A stretch of DNA of 64,000 nt from Octopus bimaculoides (Eukaryota), in NCBI RefSeq assembly GCF_001194135.2, contig NC_068985.1, positions 61,103,586 through 61,167,585 of the forward strand, given 5' to 3'. A program made the position numbers and the translations under genes. The notes beneath the pieces are model-generated. The model was given only the letters and a program-made list of their open reading frames with translations, was not told the origin of the DNA and did no database searches. Each line of letters starts with the position of its first letter. The stretch's first letter is position 1. Shown here piece by piece: positions 63,086 to 64,000 of this stretch.

Positions 63086-64000
63086 ACAATGCACTATTGA
63101 CAAGATGGAATTAGATGTTGACTTGTATACTTCATTTAAGTCTGTAAAAAGCAATATTAATTAATAATACCAATAATGATAATTAGAACACATAACATCT
63201 TATGGTTGGATATATACAAACAACATTCCACAACATTGGCTATTATTATTATCATTATTTGAACAAAATGCCTTGCAGAGATGTTCCAGCTCTTTGCATT
63301 CCGAATTAAATCCAGTTGAGGGGTCAACTTTGCCCATTATCCTTTGGGGAACACAAAAGACAGAACAAGTACTGGGGTCAACTCCTTCCCATAAACATTC
63401 AGAGTTGATAAAATAACGTATCAGTCAAGTATTGTGGTTGAGTTAATCCACTAAACTCCTTCCATCCTTTTAAAAACAATTACTATTAATATTATTAAAA
63501 TCATAATGATAGCAAGCTGGCAGAATCATTAGAGCATCTGAAAAAATGATTTGCAGTATTCTATCTCTCCATATTCTGAGTAAAATACCTGCTGAAGTCA
63601 CCTCTGGTTGTTATTCCTTTCAGCTCAATAAAATAGAGTACCAGTTGAGTACTATGGTTACTTTAAATGATAAACCTTCACATATTAAAATTACTGGTTT
63701 TCTGCTTTGGAAGCAAATACTGAAATCACAAGAAGTGGTCTGATTTGGAAGGGAGGAAATAGGTCCAGAAAGCCAGTTCTGAGTACAAAGTGAGTCAGTT
63801 GTAATACAGAAACACTAAACAACATAATGAGCTGGTAAAATGACCATTTTTACTGATTACACTGGACCCCATGAATAAGTTCAAGTTCATTCGGAAGTCC
63901 AGTAATTAGGGTTAATCATAGTCATTAACTAACACAGTTGCCAAAAACAAACTGGACAAGCTGTTTCTCATGTAACTTATAAATAAAACAATATGACTGT

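Overview
AT-rich, repeat-saturated animal genomic DNA from a gapped draft scaffold (six N-gaps, most flanked by (TA)n/(TG)n runs). The repeat families resemble those of octopus (coleoid cephalopod); that assignment is from memory of these families, not a database search. There is no intact long ORF and no operon, rRNA, CRISPR array or true tRNA gene. The window is mostly decayed mobile DNA: RTE-clade, R4/Dong-clade and CR1/L2-type LINE fragments, a Penelope-like RT fragment, at least three tRNA-derived SINE families, Tc1/mariner, hAT and piggyBac-type remnants, and Helitron/Helentron pieces. A probable host gene of unknown identity lies on the minus strand (about 23.5-46.7 kb) as very small exons (24-78 nt); splice signals are good but the joins are only partly resolvable by eye. 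Most notable: (1) several hammerhead-ribozyme-like motifs in Penelope-type repeats, one with an intact core and an 89-nt loop II insert, and two set head-to-head in a spacer-less palindrome; (2) a Helitron with a CTAG|TC head-to-tail junction and a Rep fragment placed after the helicase stop; (3) several fold-back structures inside the putative introns; (4) a PHD-like finger inside an RTE ORF2.
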